Source of the DNA: Lobosporangium transversale
Lineage: Eukaryota
NCBI RefSeq assembly: GCF_002105155.1
Contig: NW_019028988.1
Location: forward strand, 124,001-188,000
Direction of reading: 5' to 3'
DNA length: 64,000 bases
Of the stretch, positions 18,231 to 32,600 are shown one piece after another. The notes below the pieces were generated by a model. That model was given only the letters and a program-made list of their open reading frames with translations. It was not told the origin of the DNA and searched no databases. The translations under genes were made by a program, and so were the position numbers. Each line of letters opens with the position of its first letter. Position 1 is the stretch's first letter.

Positions 18231-18306
18231 AATGAGAATGAGAATGAGAATGAGAATGAGAATGAGAATGAGAATGAGAATGAGAATGAGAATGAGAATG
18301 AGAATG
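18231..18306. repeat. (AATGAG)n hexanucleotide microsatellite, about 12 units
   Basis: Perfect tandem AATGAG array. Confidence 0.95.
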
Positions 18307-20469
18307 TATTGTTGACTTGATCTGGACAGGACCAAGCAGTAGGATCAAATTGAAAGTTGGGTGCGATAATAAGATAGGAGGGATCAGTGAAAAAGCAAGG
18401 ACAAAGCCGAAGGTTGAGGGAAACCTTTTATCTGGCCCCTTGATGTGTGTCCTAAAATTCTGCGGTGCTGTGCTTAAATTTTTACATTCCAATACGAAGC
18501 CTCCCCCAGTCCCTGGGACCTGGGTTACCATGCAGTCTCACCTATCACCTCATGTACATAAACAGTCGTCCGATCAATGACAACCTATTACTTTTACGTC
18601 ATAGCTCTATCGATGCAATGGTTCCTGTGAAGAATTCGATCCACATTCCCATATTACTTACCCATCTATCCGTTCGCTCTCTGCTGATCACGACCATAGT
18701 AACAGACATCACAAAGGCTAGTAGATCTGTGTAAATGCCATTATGAGCTTGTATACATGTACTGTATTTTATTTGCTGTCGAATACATGGAAATCAAATA
18801 TATCATCATACTACACTCTGAACTTCAAGATATCTGGCGCGTTGTCGCATCTTATCGTCCATCTCTCCATCTCCTTTTATAGAAATAGAAAGGAATGTGG
18901 ACCACATCACTCATTCAAAACGAAGATACTTTACTGAACCCCCTTTTTTTTCTTTTTTTTCCCTTCAAGCTGCGTGAGTAGCATATTCTTAAAGAGCTGT
19001 ACACTATAATAAATATAGTATACCGTTCGCGCCTCCTAGATCTCTCTTATACTAACCTGTCAAGGAACATTCAGTTGCTCTACGAAGAGACAATGCAGCC
19101 GAGTCAAATTGTGCTCCTGTTGTCTCACTTTATGGAACTCAAAACAGAATAAACCCACACTTCAAAGGGTGACTCTAGATTATTGTTTATCTTTCCTGGA
19201 TACTTTCAAACACCAATTCGTCTTAATAACATTTCACTTCAATTGACTAGAGGCCTCGCCAGAAAGTCATGAACTGGATAATCTAATGTATTAAGATTCA
19301 ATAGAGGTATTTTAAAGTCAATATATGCGATTCATGACTTCCTGGCGGACTCTGCCGCCAATTTAATGACTTCTTTGTCCTCATTTTTTTCCATTTCAGT
19401 AAAATGGTGTAACGATAGCATGACTCAGAGGAAAATAAATATTCCCTCTTTACTTATCAGTGAAAGTATCTCCGCGGCTTTGAAGGAAAACGCGGCCTCA
19501 GTGGATGACGCGCTTCGCCACGGAATACGTAGTGTTATATAGAGTGAAACCTACCAATACGTCTCTCTTGATCTCCATTCTACTCAGAACTCGACTACCA
19601 GGTTCATGAATACTTTGAATGGCCTACATGATGTGGACTAATCATGTTAAAAATCAATATCTAGGTTCGTGATCTGCCATGAAAGCTCAGCCAGTTGCAC
19701 ACGTGTGGCTTGACCTTTAAAGTCAGACACTATTGGATGTGGGACTTTCTTCACTTTAGGCGATCGACAAATCATGTATGAATATATCACAGATCTGATG
19801 ATCAGCTTAGATCTGTCTGAAACAAACACCTTGTGGCAAAGAGAATGAGGAACACGGCTAAATTCTGCCTGCCTGTATCCACTGGGTACATGTACTTGCC
19901 CAATCAATGAACGCTGCTAAAAGTCTATTAGAAACAGTTCTCGTCGCTACTGAGAAGTCTACAGTCGAATTCTGGTTTTCCGGATGATACACAGTGGAAA
20001 TGGTTCGGATATTGATAAAGTTTACTGAATAAACAGTATTTTAAATTTCTTAGACTGCACATGTATCGCCCCTTCATTTGGTCATGATCCCACATATAAT
20101 CTAAAAACGGTGATTGAGCTGGTTTGGTGGCATCTCACTTCGTGACGGACTTGCAACAAGAGTATTCAAAAAACATAAGCGATCGCGACTAAATGAAAAG
20201 GTCTGAATCGTGCTATAGATTAATTTCTTTGCTTTGACACTCTGTTTTTTGAGGAGTGCATTTTAATTGCCTAATGGACAATACTCGAGTGTTTCATTTA
20301 ATGCTGTCGAGAGGAGCTACGATAACAGACACGTTATTTGAACTATACTTACGCGCAAAAAAGGGGGCACAAGCTTCCACAGACTGAGAGTGCAATATAA
20401 AGCTTGCAAAGGGTAGTTCCAGACATAAAACCGTACGTCTTCATAGTGTTTTGTCTGTAGAATGTGCCT

Positions 20470-20504
<35 letters not shown>

Positions 20505-23500
20505 CAATGAAACAGCGACACGGCCAGTTTGTGATATCATGCCCAAGGTCCCTCTTGTTGAGACCAATCCCTTTATTTATTGAATTATTTTTCAAGGTTT
20601 CGTCAAGGTGTATCATAATGAAGCAAACGATATGCTTGGATACTGTGTCAACAACACTTATTCATATAACAGTCCCTTAACTCTCTTTCACTCCACTGTG
20701 TATTCAGCGGCATCTCCATTTGAGGCACCACAATATAGGGAAGAATATTAAGCCTTCTGCTTCCGCCAGAATCGCCTAGTCCGCCAAGCTTCGGTATGAC
20801 CTATTACTATAGCAGAAGATAATAAACTGCTCAATATATGTTTTTTTTATTGCTCTTAGGAGAATAATTATGCACAAGAAACGTGAAGGCACAATGCATC
20901 TGTTAGACTCTTTATTTACTTCAGCCGGCCTCAAACTTGCTTGGTTGGCCCACATTATATCACATTCAACTATTACTGCTCTGTCTTCAATAAGGTCGAT
21001 TTTACGACGCGAGATAAAATGAATTTTTAAACCCATGGAGCTCGAGCTGAGATAGTTGATATAAGTCCTCTCTTAATCATGCTTTTCCCTCTCCTTCTCG
21101 CGTTTAGTACGAAGAAAATAGAAAAACAGTAAAGACAATATGAAAAAGAAGTTTTCCAACGTTGGCAAAGTCTCAGCACGCAAGTAGATCGATAGGAGAG
21201 TTTTAACGACAGATATCTGCTGTCGCGGACTTGTAAATCGCCCCAAGCTTGTTTAAATATTGGTCTTCTACAGTTCATGTCCATACAGACAGACCTGGAA
21301 ATATTGAATAGGCGTGTTTTTTATGGTTTTATGGTCTTTATAGCTGATACTACAGGAGATCGAACAACTATCATTTGTCTGAAACGCACAATATCTTGTG
21401 TCACCATGTCTAAGCATCCAAGCGCACTTGTGCCTTCCCCTGTTCCTGGATTCGGTGGCTGTTCTACGTTTTCACGCCTTTCAATATTTTTATTTTTTGA
21501 CTCACATCTCATTGTCCTCATAACAACATCCTGTCTTTACCATATTTCGACGTTAACTCATAACCAATGCAGTTTCGCATCCAAAACTGCATAAGTGGTA
21601 AATGTAGGGCAAATTAAACATTATCCGGTGACATGCTCACCTTTTGTTCTCATTCTCTTGCCTCGCTTTTCTCTTTCGTCTCCATTTCAATACGAAGTGA
21701 AATCACGATGCGCTCTTTGCTCGCTCCTGATAGCGCTTGCAAAGGCCCGTCAATTGGCTGAGTTTCCCTTTCTACCTCTCCTTTGATTACTTCAATAAGC
21801 TGATGATGGTGCTTGTGGCTTTTCGACGCGCTGAAGACCATGTCCTGCCTTGTAGGATGAAATTGTCCTCTGGGGAACGGAGCTCACCCAATGTCTGCTG
21901 AACTATCAAACGCGTATCGGGTGACATGGTAGGGTCTTCGACCGCTGTTCTATTACAAAAGGTGGGAAGTGAGCAATCAGTTTGCGGATATGAAAGAATA
22001 GCGTGGTACAGGACTGCTTTGGCTATATTGGCTTTATCATTTGCAATTGATTAGAGCATGCCGATATGTGCTCCGCCGGGACCTAAAGGACCTCTTCTTC
22101 ACGTTCGCTTCTTGTATCACCTTGGTCTCCTTAAGAGACCTCCTCAAATCCCTGGATACTCAAGACCTCACAAGGATGTGAATTATGCTGCCTAAGACCT
22201 TGCTAAGCTCATGTACGACCTTCTGAAGAGCTCTTTCATCCGCCGTCGTCTTTACTTCTCACTGCCTCAGCTTTCTCTTTTCCTTACGGGCCAATTTCAG
22301 TTTGCTATTGACCACTGCCTTCGCCGCCTGCGATGGAGCTTATGGTACCGCATTATTCATGTAGACTACCGTGTCTTGAGGATAGACTTGCTTCTGAGGG
22401 CTATGTTTCTCAGTGGCATTGAGGGCATTTGCAGAAAGAGTCTTTCTCTTGCCCCCTTCTCTTCATCTCTGATTTCCCTAGTTCTCCTTTCTTTTCCACG
22501 CATCATACTAAATCTGACGAAGGCGTCACTTGAGCCTGCGTTACTGTCACGACTATTGCAGAAAGGAAATATGAAAGCGTGAATGAAGCGATAGAAGTGT
22601 TTACACCAGCCATACTGATAGCCCTATTGTGTCATTGTATTATGCGTTTAGAGGAAAGCCAAGTTGTAAATGATCACGGTTACGAGTGAGCAAAGCATCG
22701 CAAGCAGTAGTCATATAGGTGTTAACTGTAGCTATGTACTATTGAGCACAAAATGGCCCATTCTCTTCCACGCGCCATCATTTCATTACTCGTGCCAGAG
22801 GCTTCAAGCACTAGCAAAAACTCACTTTTAGTCATTAGTCAAGTGCACAAATTTAAGTAGTCCAGTATGCAGTGCATCTATATGCATGTAAGTATTATTT
22901 GCGTGTTTTCTTTGAACGTTTTGTCATGAGAAAGGTAACTGTCTATTGTATTTACTTGTCTGTATGTAGAATTATGTACTCAGACAAGATACTAAGTAAA
23001 CTGACTGAACCTGAAAGCTCTTTAAAGAGCTCCACACGGGCTCGTTTGTATATAGGACTTGTCTGGCTAGCCTACGATCATTAACTTTTTTATTCTTTTA
23101 CCTGTTTCTGATGTCCAGTCCCAGGATCTTGATACACTCTTCTATTTAATATGACCAATTTCTACACAATGCTAGCTTCTAAATGGTCAACAACTTGATT
23201 AGCGTGAGCACACGCGATCTCTTATGGATATTGGAGAATATCAACTAAAGAGTGAACTCATGCACAAATAAAAAAAAAAAAAAAAAAAAAAAGCCGCCAA
23301 GTGGATGAACGCCGGTTTTTTCATGTACGTACATATACATCAAAAACAGTCTACAACAGAGGGAACTACATTACTACCAAATCATTTGAGTAAAAGAAAA
23401 TATATTCATAACTCCTTTTTTAATGTTGTTGCTTTTTTTTTTCTTTTTTTTTTTTTTCCTGCTGCTGTTTGTTGTCGTATTTATCGTCTCTTAAAGTCAT

Positions 23501-23544
23501 TACTGTTTCTTAAAGCCATAATTGTTTCTTAGTCATTAAAGTCG

Positions 23545-26084
23545 TTACTGTTTCATATACCCCTGACTATCAATCTGCATTGAGATCCCGCTAGGGATAA
23601 AAGCAGAAACTGGCGAGGCTGGATTAAAAGAGCTTCCATTGCTATTGTGGTCCTTAGCGCTAGAAACACTATTATTGTCACTGCTGCTGCCACTTCGACT
23701 ACCGCTATCACTCCCATGGCCGCTGATGCTCCTGCTACCGGTACTGTTGCTAATACCACTGCTATGAGTACTGCTACTAATGTCACTGCTATGAGTGCTG
23801 CTTGGGGCAACGATACTGCTACTACCACTACCATCTCCATATAAAGGCATCGAGAGGTGGAGTGTGGGCATAGATGATCGCCTTCCGCGTCCCAGACCTG
23901 AAGCATCATCGTCCAACCAAGCAAATTGGCTAGCTTGCTGCTGTATATGTGTGGCCATCGAAATAGGGATCTGCGCGTGTTGATAATAAAATGATATGGG
24001 TCCGACTGGGTGTATCGACAATTGCCCATGAACCTGCTGTTGAAGAACTTGCGGTTGTTGTTGTTGCATATTATTAAACGGATGATGGTGCACCTGCTGC
24101 AGGGGGCCGAGGTGGGCATGAGAATGAAGGCCAGCCACGGTTTGAACAGGTGAAGAAGCAGTTGAGGACAATGGCGAACCGAAGTGAGGATGGGCTATTT
24201 CTCCACTTGGTGCTGTAGTGTTGATGGTAGTTCCTGTTGCGGCTAGATTTAATGCATTATGAGGGGTCTCAGCATATTGATGGAATCTATTAGATCCATT
24301 TCGCTGCACGGGCTTGGGTGCCAATGACTGAGTTACAAAGTTGTTGTCAACCGACATCGCCATGGATTCAGTTGTCGCTCCAGGATGGAGAGGTGGAGCC
24401 CCTTTGTTGCTGTTGGGATCCTGGTTTGAAATAGCCATAAAGCTGTTGGTTGTATTAGGAAGAACTGGATGCTGCTGCTGTTTCTCAGAAACTAAACCAG
24501 TCCCAGGAGGAGGAGATGAATAAAAGGCAGCAGTTGTCTGTGTGGAGGGAACCAACAAGGGTATTGCACTTGCCACTAAAAAAAAAAAAAAAAAAAAAAT
24601 CAGACTGGTCTCCAAGCCTTTTTGGTTGAATTTCAACTTCATTCCAAGGCACGCAAACTTTACCTACCTTGAGATGGATTGCCTACGTGCGACGAAGATT
24701 CTGGCAAAAAAGCTGAAGAAGATCCCATTGGTATTATTGCCGCCGGCTGTGGCTGGCTGGCCATCCAAGTCATGCCGTTCTGTTGTTGCTGTTGCTGCCG
24801 TTGTTGTTGTTGCTGTTGCTGTTGTTGTTGCTGTTGTTGTTGCTGTTGTTGTTGCTGTTGCTCTTGTTTTTGTTGGTGAAGTAATTGGCTTGGTTGAAGA
24901 GCTGCTTGCAGGAGTGCTCCCTGCTGTCTCATTTGTTGACTCATCTTGAAAGCCATCTTTCCTTTTGCACTGCCTTTGCTGAATGAAGACGACCGTGGTT
25001 GGTATTTAATTTTGCCCATCACTGCATCCTGGTCACTATTGAATCCTAGTCCGGGAAATGTTGCCAAATTCATGAGTCGCATGGAGATTTCCCGACTAAG
25101 AGTCTCATCAATTCCGTGGATCTTTCGGTTTTTCAGATCATTGCTCTGACTCCCCTCAAGACCATCGCCTGCCATGCCCGTGCCTGATTCTATTCGCTTG
25201 TTGCCATTGAGCTTCTCATCCAACTCCATAACAATGTTATATAGTTGTTGGTTCTCTGCACGTACCAAAGCCATGATTCTATATACCTCATCCAGCTCTT
25301 CGGCTTTACTCTCGAGCCACTTAATGTATTTTTGCTTGCGCTGACGGAACGCTCTCTGGGCTGCTCGATTCTGTTCAGCTCGTCGTATAGCAATTTCCTC
25401 AGGCAATTCAGTCATATCTGCAGAGCCAGAGGATCCTGCACCTGCAGTCGACGACGTCGAAGACGATAGTGTACTCAACCCCTTTGGGAAAAAACTAGAC
25501 TGATGCAATGATTGGACCTGCGCCTGGAGCTGTTGCTGATGATATGGTAAAGGTGGTGGGGTTGGTAGAGATGATAGAGGAGGGGTTGGTTGAGGTTGCT
25601 GTAGTTGCTGTTGTAGCTGAAGATTGAAAGTCGGCTGTATATTGGTGCCATTTTGGAACGAGGACGCGTTACGCTGCGCAAGGGGAATGGCTGAGTCGCC
25701 CATCCCAGGAGTGGGGAATGGGTTCTTTTCACTTTCCTGGCTCGACGTCCCACTGATTAATTCGTCCGTCGATCGCCCTGTTAATGTGAGTGGATTCGAG
25801 GGACTATTCAGGGCAGTTGAGTCAGAAGGTGTTGGGTAGGATGATCTAAACATGTCAAGAGAAAGCGGCTTTACCAAAGGTGATATAGGCTGCTGCATCT
25901 GCATGGACATCGTCAATGACGTCTGAATAACGTCGCTTCTTGGGCGAACATCTTGCATTAGTATTTGTTGCTGTACTGACAGCTTATGCGGCATGTGATG
26001 TACCCCTTGCCCCTGTATATGGTTGTATGCGTCGTCTTTATATTCTTCTAACTTGACTGTCTGGTAATCTGGGTCATTGTCCAT
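23545..26084 (-). CDS. Yap/AP-1-like bZIP transcription factor with polyQ; exons 26084-24668 and 24575-23545
   Basis: Basic region RRAEQNRAAQRAFRQRKQKYIKWLESKAEEL followed by a zipper. Donor AAG|GTAGGT at 24667 and acceptor TTTAG at 24576. The ATG at 26084 follows a probable acceptor TTTCAG near 26102, so the start is uncertain. Confidence 0.85.
24780..24870 (-). repeat. CAA/CAG trinucleotide repeat encoding polyglutamine
   Basis: TGT/TGC run on the + strand; polyQ tract in the bZIP ORF. Confidence 0.9.
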
Positions 26085-27709
26085 CGGTAAAACTCTATCC
26101 CTGAAATGCACTATTATGAAATACCAAAATAAAGAATAGAAACAAACCACGACGCGTGCCGCCGAAGCGCTCAAATTAGGATAGGCTGGAGCGCGAAAAA
26201 TAAAAAAGCGGGTGGTACAAAAAAGAAGCCAATTCATACGTTGGGCCTTATTAGGAGGATCCATCTTTGTCAATTGGCTCTTAAGAGGAATAAGGGCGAG
26301 TTTGACGATCTGTGCTCGAGAAGGCGCTTTAGTCGTCAAATGACTATCCAATTCCGTTTCTGTAGCAGCAGGCAGGCAAAAGAAAATGTGAAAAGGAAAG
26401 GGTGAATGGTATCAGTTGTCCTTGATCTTTAACTACAATCTTTACAATCTCTTATTAAAAGGGAAAGTTGAAGAAGGTGAATATTATTCACTGACCTGAT
26501 TGGAGGCTCCTTGCTTGAAGTGTCTGGGACTCTTTAAAATTGGTTCAATTAGGATATAATATATGAATGCAGTAATGGCCTCACTAGGGTGCAGGATCGG
26601 ATTGAATGATCACGGTTGGCAAGAAAAACCATGAGTGACGTTAGGCTTTGGGTTATTCGAACATTATAGTGAAGAGTAATACTTGATGTGCTAAGTAGGA
26701 TGGCATTAGCCATGAATTAAAGAACGCTTCAAATCCCAAAACTACGGATGACTGAACCCTCGAATTTTTTATGGTTTTTGGATTGCTGAAGATTTCATCA
26801 TTTAAAAAGAGCTTTTACAATTCTCTCTTTTAAAATTAATTTTGGCCAAAAAAAAAAAAAAAAAAAAAAAAACTATAAACTTAATTGATGGCAAGTGTGA
26901 TCACCTTCAATTATAATTTTTATTTGTTATGTTAGTAATGTTTGTTTTGATAAATCTGCGCTTAAGCGATTACTCAAGCACTGGAAGACACCAAGGTAAG
27001 GTTTCCCATCGCATCCTCTTTCCAGTTTTTTCTTTTTTTTTGATGCTCAACTGCATAGTATATGACTAGTAACAAAGATGTCTATCCCCCCCATAAAAGA
27101 AAATGTTCAAGAAGCGATGAATGATAAGCCTTGAGTGCCAATATTCATTTCCTCTTGTTTGTCCGCCGATGAACAAGCAGTACATAAACACCATGATCGA
27201 AAATTCCAGAATAAAAAAGAAAAAGGAATATATAAGGGGGGGGGGGGGGGGAAAGTTGGGAAGCGTTCAAACAAGTGTCTTAAGGCAAGAAGGTATGAAG
27301 AGGAATAGCTGGATAACTCTTTCCCACACTGGTACATACACGCAATACACACACGTCACTGATAGCGATTCATACTCGCGTAGCAGTCTATTTCATGATA
27401 AAAGGCCCATGGAGAGTGGCGCGAAGGATACATCAATGTTATTGCTGATATATGAACGCATGCATGTAATATGGCCTTACAAGCATGGGAGTCGGCAGGG
27501 TAAGCAGGAGCTAAAGTTAGAGATAGGAATAGCTTCAGAGCCAGGCTGCTGAGTGTATGCCGTATGTGCGTAAGTGAAAACAGATAAGCAGTGATGTCGA
27601 GCAACGGAATAGTTTTTAGGGTGCGTGGATGATTGTATATTGTTGAACAGTTCTGTTGAGCAAGAGTGGCTCAGAAAGCGATCGTAATGTTTTCCACAGA
27701 CAGCTTTTC

Positions 27710-27740
<31 letters not shown>

Positions 27741-29629
27741 CCTTCGACTTCTTTCCGCCGAGGATGATTGTTGCAAAATGGACAGAGACAGAGAGAAAAG
27801 GGTCGGGGCGACATATTGATATAAGCCTTTTAACCCTCAGGGGAAAATATGCTGAGCAAGGGACGTTGTTGGACAGATCTATGATCCCAACAGCCTTGTA
27901 TACGTCGAGGACTTGAGAAGAATGACCATATGAAGCATAAAAATGTGTGTGAGTGTGAGAGAGAAGAGTGAAAAGGACAAGCACGAAGAAGAGGAAGAAA
28001 AAGTTTCACTGGTGTGGCGAGGGCGGTAAAACACGCTTTTCCGAGATTCAAATACAACTTTTTTTTATTTAGGAGCGTACAGACATGCACAAACAATAAA
28101 AAAGGAGACAGGTCAGGCAAACAATGAAATCCAGATAATTTCTAAAAGCGCACTATGGCACAGTACGCACAACTCTTAAACCAAAGTTTAGACTGTACTG
28201 TACTCAGTAGTGTAACAACAATGAACGACAACGAACGAAAATGAAAATAGAGTATAAAAGAATAATAGACTATTCAATAAAGGAGAGTATAAGGGGATAC
28301 GTGGGAGATGAGGAGATGTGCTTAAGCGCGAGATAAGATTTCTTGAAGCTTGCGGAACATGATATTAGCGACCACTTTCACTTTCACTATTGATCAAACC
28401 CTCTCCATCTCCATTCCTTGCACGTAATTGGTCCTCTCGTTGTCAAGGTAGATATGAACACATGAGGTCACTGCCGACGCGCTGTTTCCTCAAGGGACAG
28501 AAGATGCAAATTTATAGAGCTCATGCCTTGTTTTTTCTGGGACGGATCAGATCCAAATGTAGGTATATACTTATGCTTGCTGATCTCCTCGCCGAGATTA
28601 GGGAGGGGAGGAGAGTCGAAAGATCGGGTTTCTATCTGCAATGCTGTCTAGAATACCTCCATACGACCATATAAAACAGCATACTGAGGGAATGCAGGCA
28701 GACTGACGGTGACCACATGCGTCTTCAGCAATAACAAAAGCAACACATGCTTGTTGCCACATAAAATCGTATGCATTATTCGAAGTGAATCACTCCATTG
28801 GTTATTGAGTGAAATTCAGCTTATTATACTACTGTACCGTGGTTCTGCTTAGTTGAACTGCTTATTGTCTATCTGTCGTAGTAAACAGCGAGGTAATAAG
28901 GGTAAACGAAGTCACTGGGCCATTGCATATTCCAAAAGCATACCGACATTAGATCTCAGAACGGAGATGCTCCGCACATTGTGGAGCTACTTTGACACTT
29001 CGGAGCAAAATATTTGAGCTCTAATAACATTTCGTTGGCAGCCACCTTGTCTTGTCACCACCAAAAGATATATATACATAAATATGTACAAAATATATTG
29101 TTTTTTATTTTATTTGCTAGTTCGCCTAACCCCATTAATTGAGGGGTGAAGTGCATATATACTGCCCATATTAGGCAAGGAAAGGTTACACGGCCTATCG
29201 TGTCTATCCTATTTCTTTCTATTAGATTCATAGTATGAAACGCGTTGAAAGTCTATTTCAATTCGCTCATATACCTCTTATTTGATGCTTTAAAAAAAGG
29301 GAAAAGTGAAGATAATCGCATTTTACTCCTTTTTTTTTGCTTGTTTCCCATGTGGTTGTCACGAGCGCTCTAGAGGAAAAGATAACTCCGATTTAAACTA
29401 TATTCTAGGATGTAGGTCAACAGGGTCAAAGGCAATGATGATCCTAACAAAGTCTGGTGAGGGTTTTTCGTGTAACTAAGGGTTCGGATAGAATGATCAA
29501 TTAAATATTGCACAAGAACGTGCGCAAACAGACGAACATGATTATGAAATACAGGTACCTTTAGATAGCTATAATAGTCTAGTGTATATAAAAATAGCTG
29601 ACTGTTTTTTTTTTTTTTTTTTTTTTTTT

Positions 29630-32600
29630 TGATAGCAAGGATCCATGAAGCTCTGTAGGATTAATTTAGATGCTAGCTCTATGAATGGGCTCCCCCATTC
29701 CCAGAGCCGCATACAAAGTATTATCCAACAATTGGCTGTAGCCGTGTAGTTATACTACTACAATGCAATATCCTGTATATAAACCACGTCATTGTGCAGA
29801 TTTCCATCCCAGGGAACCAAGGAAGACTGCAGAACGGCTCTACCCCATACTTGGTCTGTTGTGCGCAAAGACCTTACTTTATCCGTAGTTCTCAATCACC
29901 AAAACACTTGCTGCTTTTAGACTCTCCATAACCGTTAATTCTACTTGATGTCGATAGCTCGCCGCCACTCGCTGATCTGCATTAGTCCTGGTCACCTTCA
30001 CCTCTACTACGGCTGTATCTACCAATACAGTTGCGTTCCTTGGCGCATTTGCTTATGGGGTTAATGTTATTACCCCTTTCCCAGCTAACGGTCATTTGCA
30101 GCATCTGTTTTAGATCTCCGTCTTGCCGAGTCCCTCGATTACCTTAAAAAAGTGACAATCAGTGCAACTTGCAATGTATATTATGGCTCTGAAAACCACC
30201 TTTCATTTCTGTATTACCTTCTTTGAAACCGAATCGCGATACGCGTCCTGAACACCCCAGTGTGCATTCTATCTTCGTCTCCCTATCCCATCTCCTTTCT
30301 CTTCACCAAGCAAGGCATTTACATATCGAATCTCTCTGACCTTCTTAAACACCACTTCCAAGGAGTTGCAAATCACGAAGTCCACTATGGGTTTGAAAGG
30401 AAGACCTTTATTCAAATCCGATTCCTGCATTTTGTCATGTTTGCCTTTTCAGTTCTCCATTTCCTTTCCTAAAGGTCTCTTATCGTCCTTCGTAATGAGT
30501 CTGATCGCCTGCTTCTATCTTCTCAGCTCTTCGTCCAGTGTCGTGAGATGTCGTCAGAGGTGCTATGTCTCCTCTTGTTCCAATCCACACATCCTGCAGC
30601 TTCAAGTACGTGAATGTAGAAAGCATATCATGAATATTCTTAATGCCCTGTACTCTCTTATAGCAATCCGCGAGGTTGCTGAAGAGGCCTTGGCGTGTTG
30701 TCGTCACGGAGTATATGCAAGCCTGCTTCGCAATCCACTTCTCTCAAGTCAAGTCTGTAATATTTCTTCTAACCCTGTTTTGAGTCGCCCGCATACAGTG
30801 CGTTCACACCAACTGAACCAGGACGGCCGCATATATCTCTACTTCTCCTGCCTTGGTGGATGAGGCATAGCCATCGACCCTGACTGACACTACATTTGAC
30901 GCAGTCCTTGTCCCTGTCTCCTCAAAAGATCCATCTGAGTTAAGAGTCAGATGTCTCGTCATTGATATTTCCTCTCATTATCTCAGCACATTGGCCATAC
31001 AAACTTGTGGAATCTACACATATAAACACTCAGAAGAGCCATATCAACGATGATGGCCCTCTGGGAGCCCACCTCTCCTTGCACCTTTGTTCTTAGCAGC
31101 CTGTCGAAAGTTTATTCATCGAGCTCAAGGTGTACATATAGCTTGCTGCGTACTCGTGCTCTACACCTGATCCGACTAGAAGCTCGTCACCACTGCTCTC
31201 TTCTTTTTTGTCCTTCGAGGCATTGGAACTTGGCTTGTATTTGTACTTTTCGATGGACTTCATGCGCGTAGCTTCTTGCCTGGCTCAGATCTAGTTTTTA
31301 CACTCCTCTCTTCTCTTCTTCTTTTTCCTTTCTTTCTTCACTTTCCTTATCCGCTTCTGCCTCCTGCTTTCTTTTTCCGACGATCACAAAGCTGAAGTGC
31401 TTTATCTTTTTTGTGAGCTTCCCCCAGCTCTATTCTTTTTATTAACCTCGTACTCTTTTCTCTTCCACTACTTTAAATTCGGAGTTATATGGGTCTCTAT
31501 GTTCATGAACTTCGATGAGTTGCTCCTCCGATATTTCTTCCTCTGTAGACGATTCACTAACTATTTCGTTGCTTTCGGCCTTAATAAACTCTTGGAACCC
31601 AATACCATATCCTTCTCTTTGTCTAATTTTTGAAGTTTCTACGTCGCTCATCAATGAGGTTCTATGTGTATATGGACCCATGAAGAGCATTTTAAACACG
31701 GTGGGACCATACTGAGGAAGTCCTCTGATTTTTTTTCTTGCAAGAGACGAATCGCCTTTTAGCATTTACTCAGCATGGTACAGCTCTCTTGCTGCAAGCT
31801 TCTGCAGTAGTTTGTCATCCACAGTGTCATAGAGCCTATCTGCTATGTTAAGTGTATTTTCAGGGATCCCAAAACTGCTTGCTAGTTGCGGGTCAAACTT
31901 CACTTGCCGATTAGCCATCAGCCTACAGGCTCCTGATGCAAGATTGTGTTTGTGCACTTTTACATTGTGAGGGCCCACAACTGGAAGCTTACTCATTCTG
32001 AAGTGCTTTTGAAGGGCAATTAGGCGTGCCCTATAAATATAAGTTACAATCTTGTCCACTTCATCGAATTGAATCGTTGCTGATCTGATTCGGAATACAT
32101 CAGTTCTAGTATGAAGACTGAACATTTCAACTGATCTATTCTTCAAAGCGCACTGACCTTGAAATATATTACTCCGATGATACTTCGCCTTCTTCGTCTT
32201 CTCTATTATAAATGAGTCCCAGCAAGGCCTCCAAGTCGCTCATTGTTTCAACAACAACACGAAGGAGCTTCTTATTCTTGATGCGAGTGGATTTCCTTAG
32301 TAGGTGAGAATATGCTCAGGTTCATCACTTTTCGTGGCGTAAGTGTCATAATAAATCATATTCAAAGGAGTCATGGCCGCGAAATATCTCTTCTTCGCTC
32401 CTTCCCTCTGAATAATGCATGGATTATCCCTTCGTCTGTAAGAAGGAGCAAATTTACCATTATAAATGGGCTTGAAATCCAGCATTGTCTCGAAATAAAT
32501 GACCGAAAACTAAACTGTCACGGAGCTATCCTGGCTTCACTATTCGTGCAAATAAAAAAGCCCATGAAGACTTTCGCATGAGAATCCGCTTGAGAGCCCA

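Noticed and set aside
18120..18531. ORFs with ILILIL and HSHSHS runs
   Set aside because: They are translations of the (AATGAG)n repeat; there is no other coding signal.
20540..22600. Coding-like decayed fragments (e.g. KLKLARKEREKLRQ on the minus strand), considered as a TnpB/Fanzor-like or other TE relic
   Set aside because: No RuvC, RT or DDE motif could be read through the stops and frameshifts.
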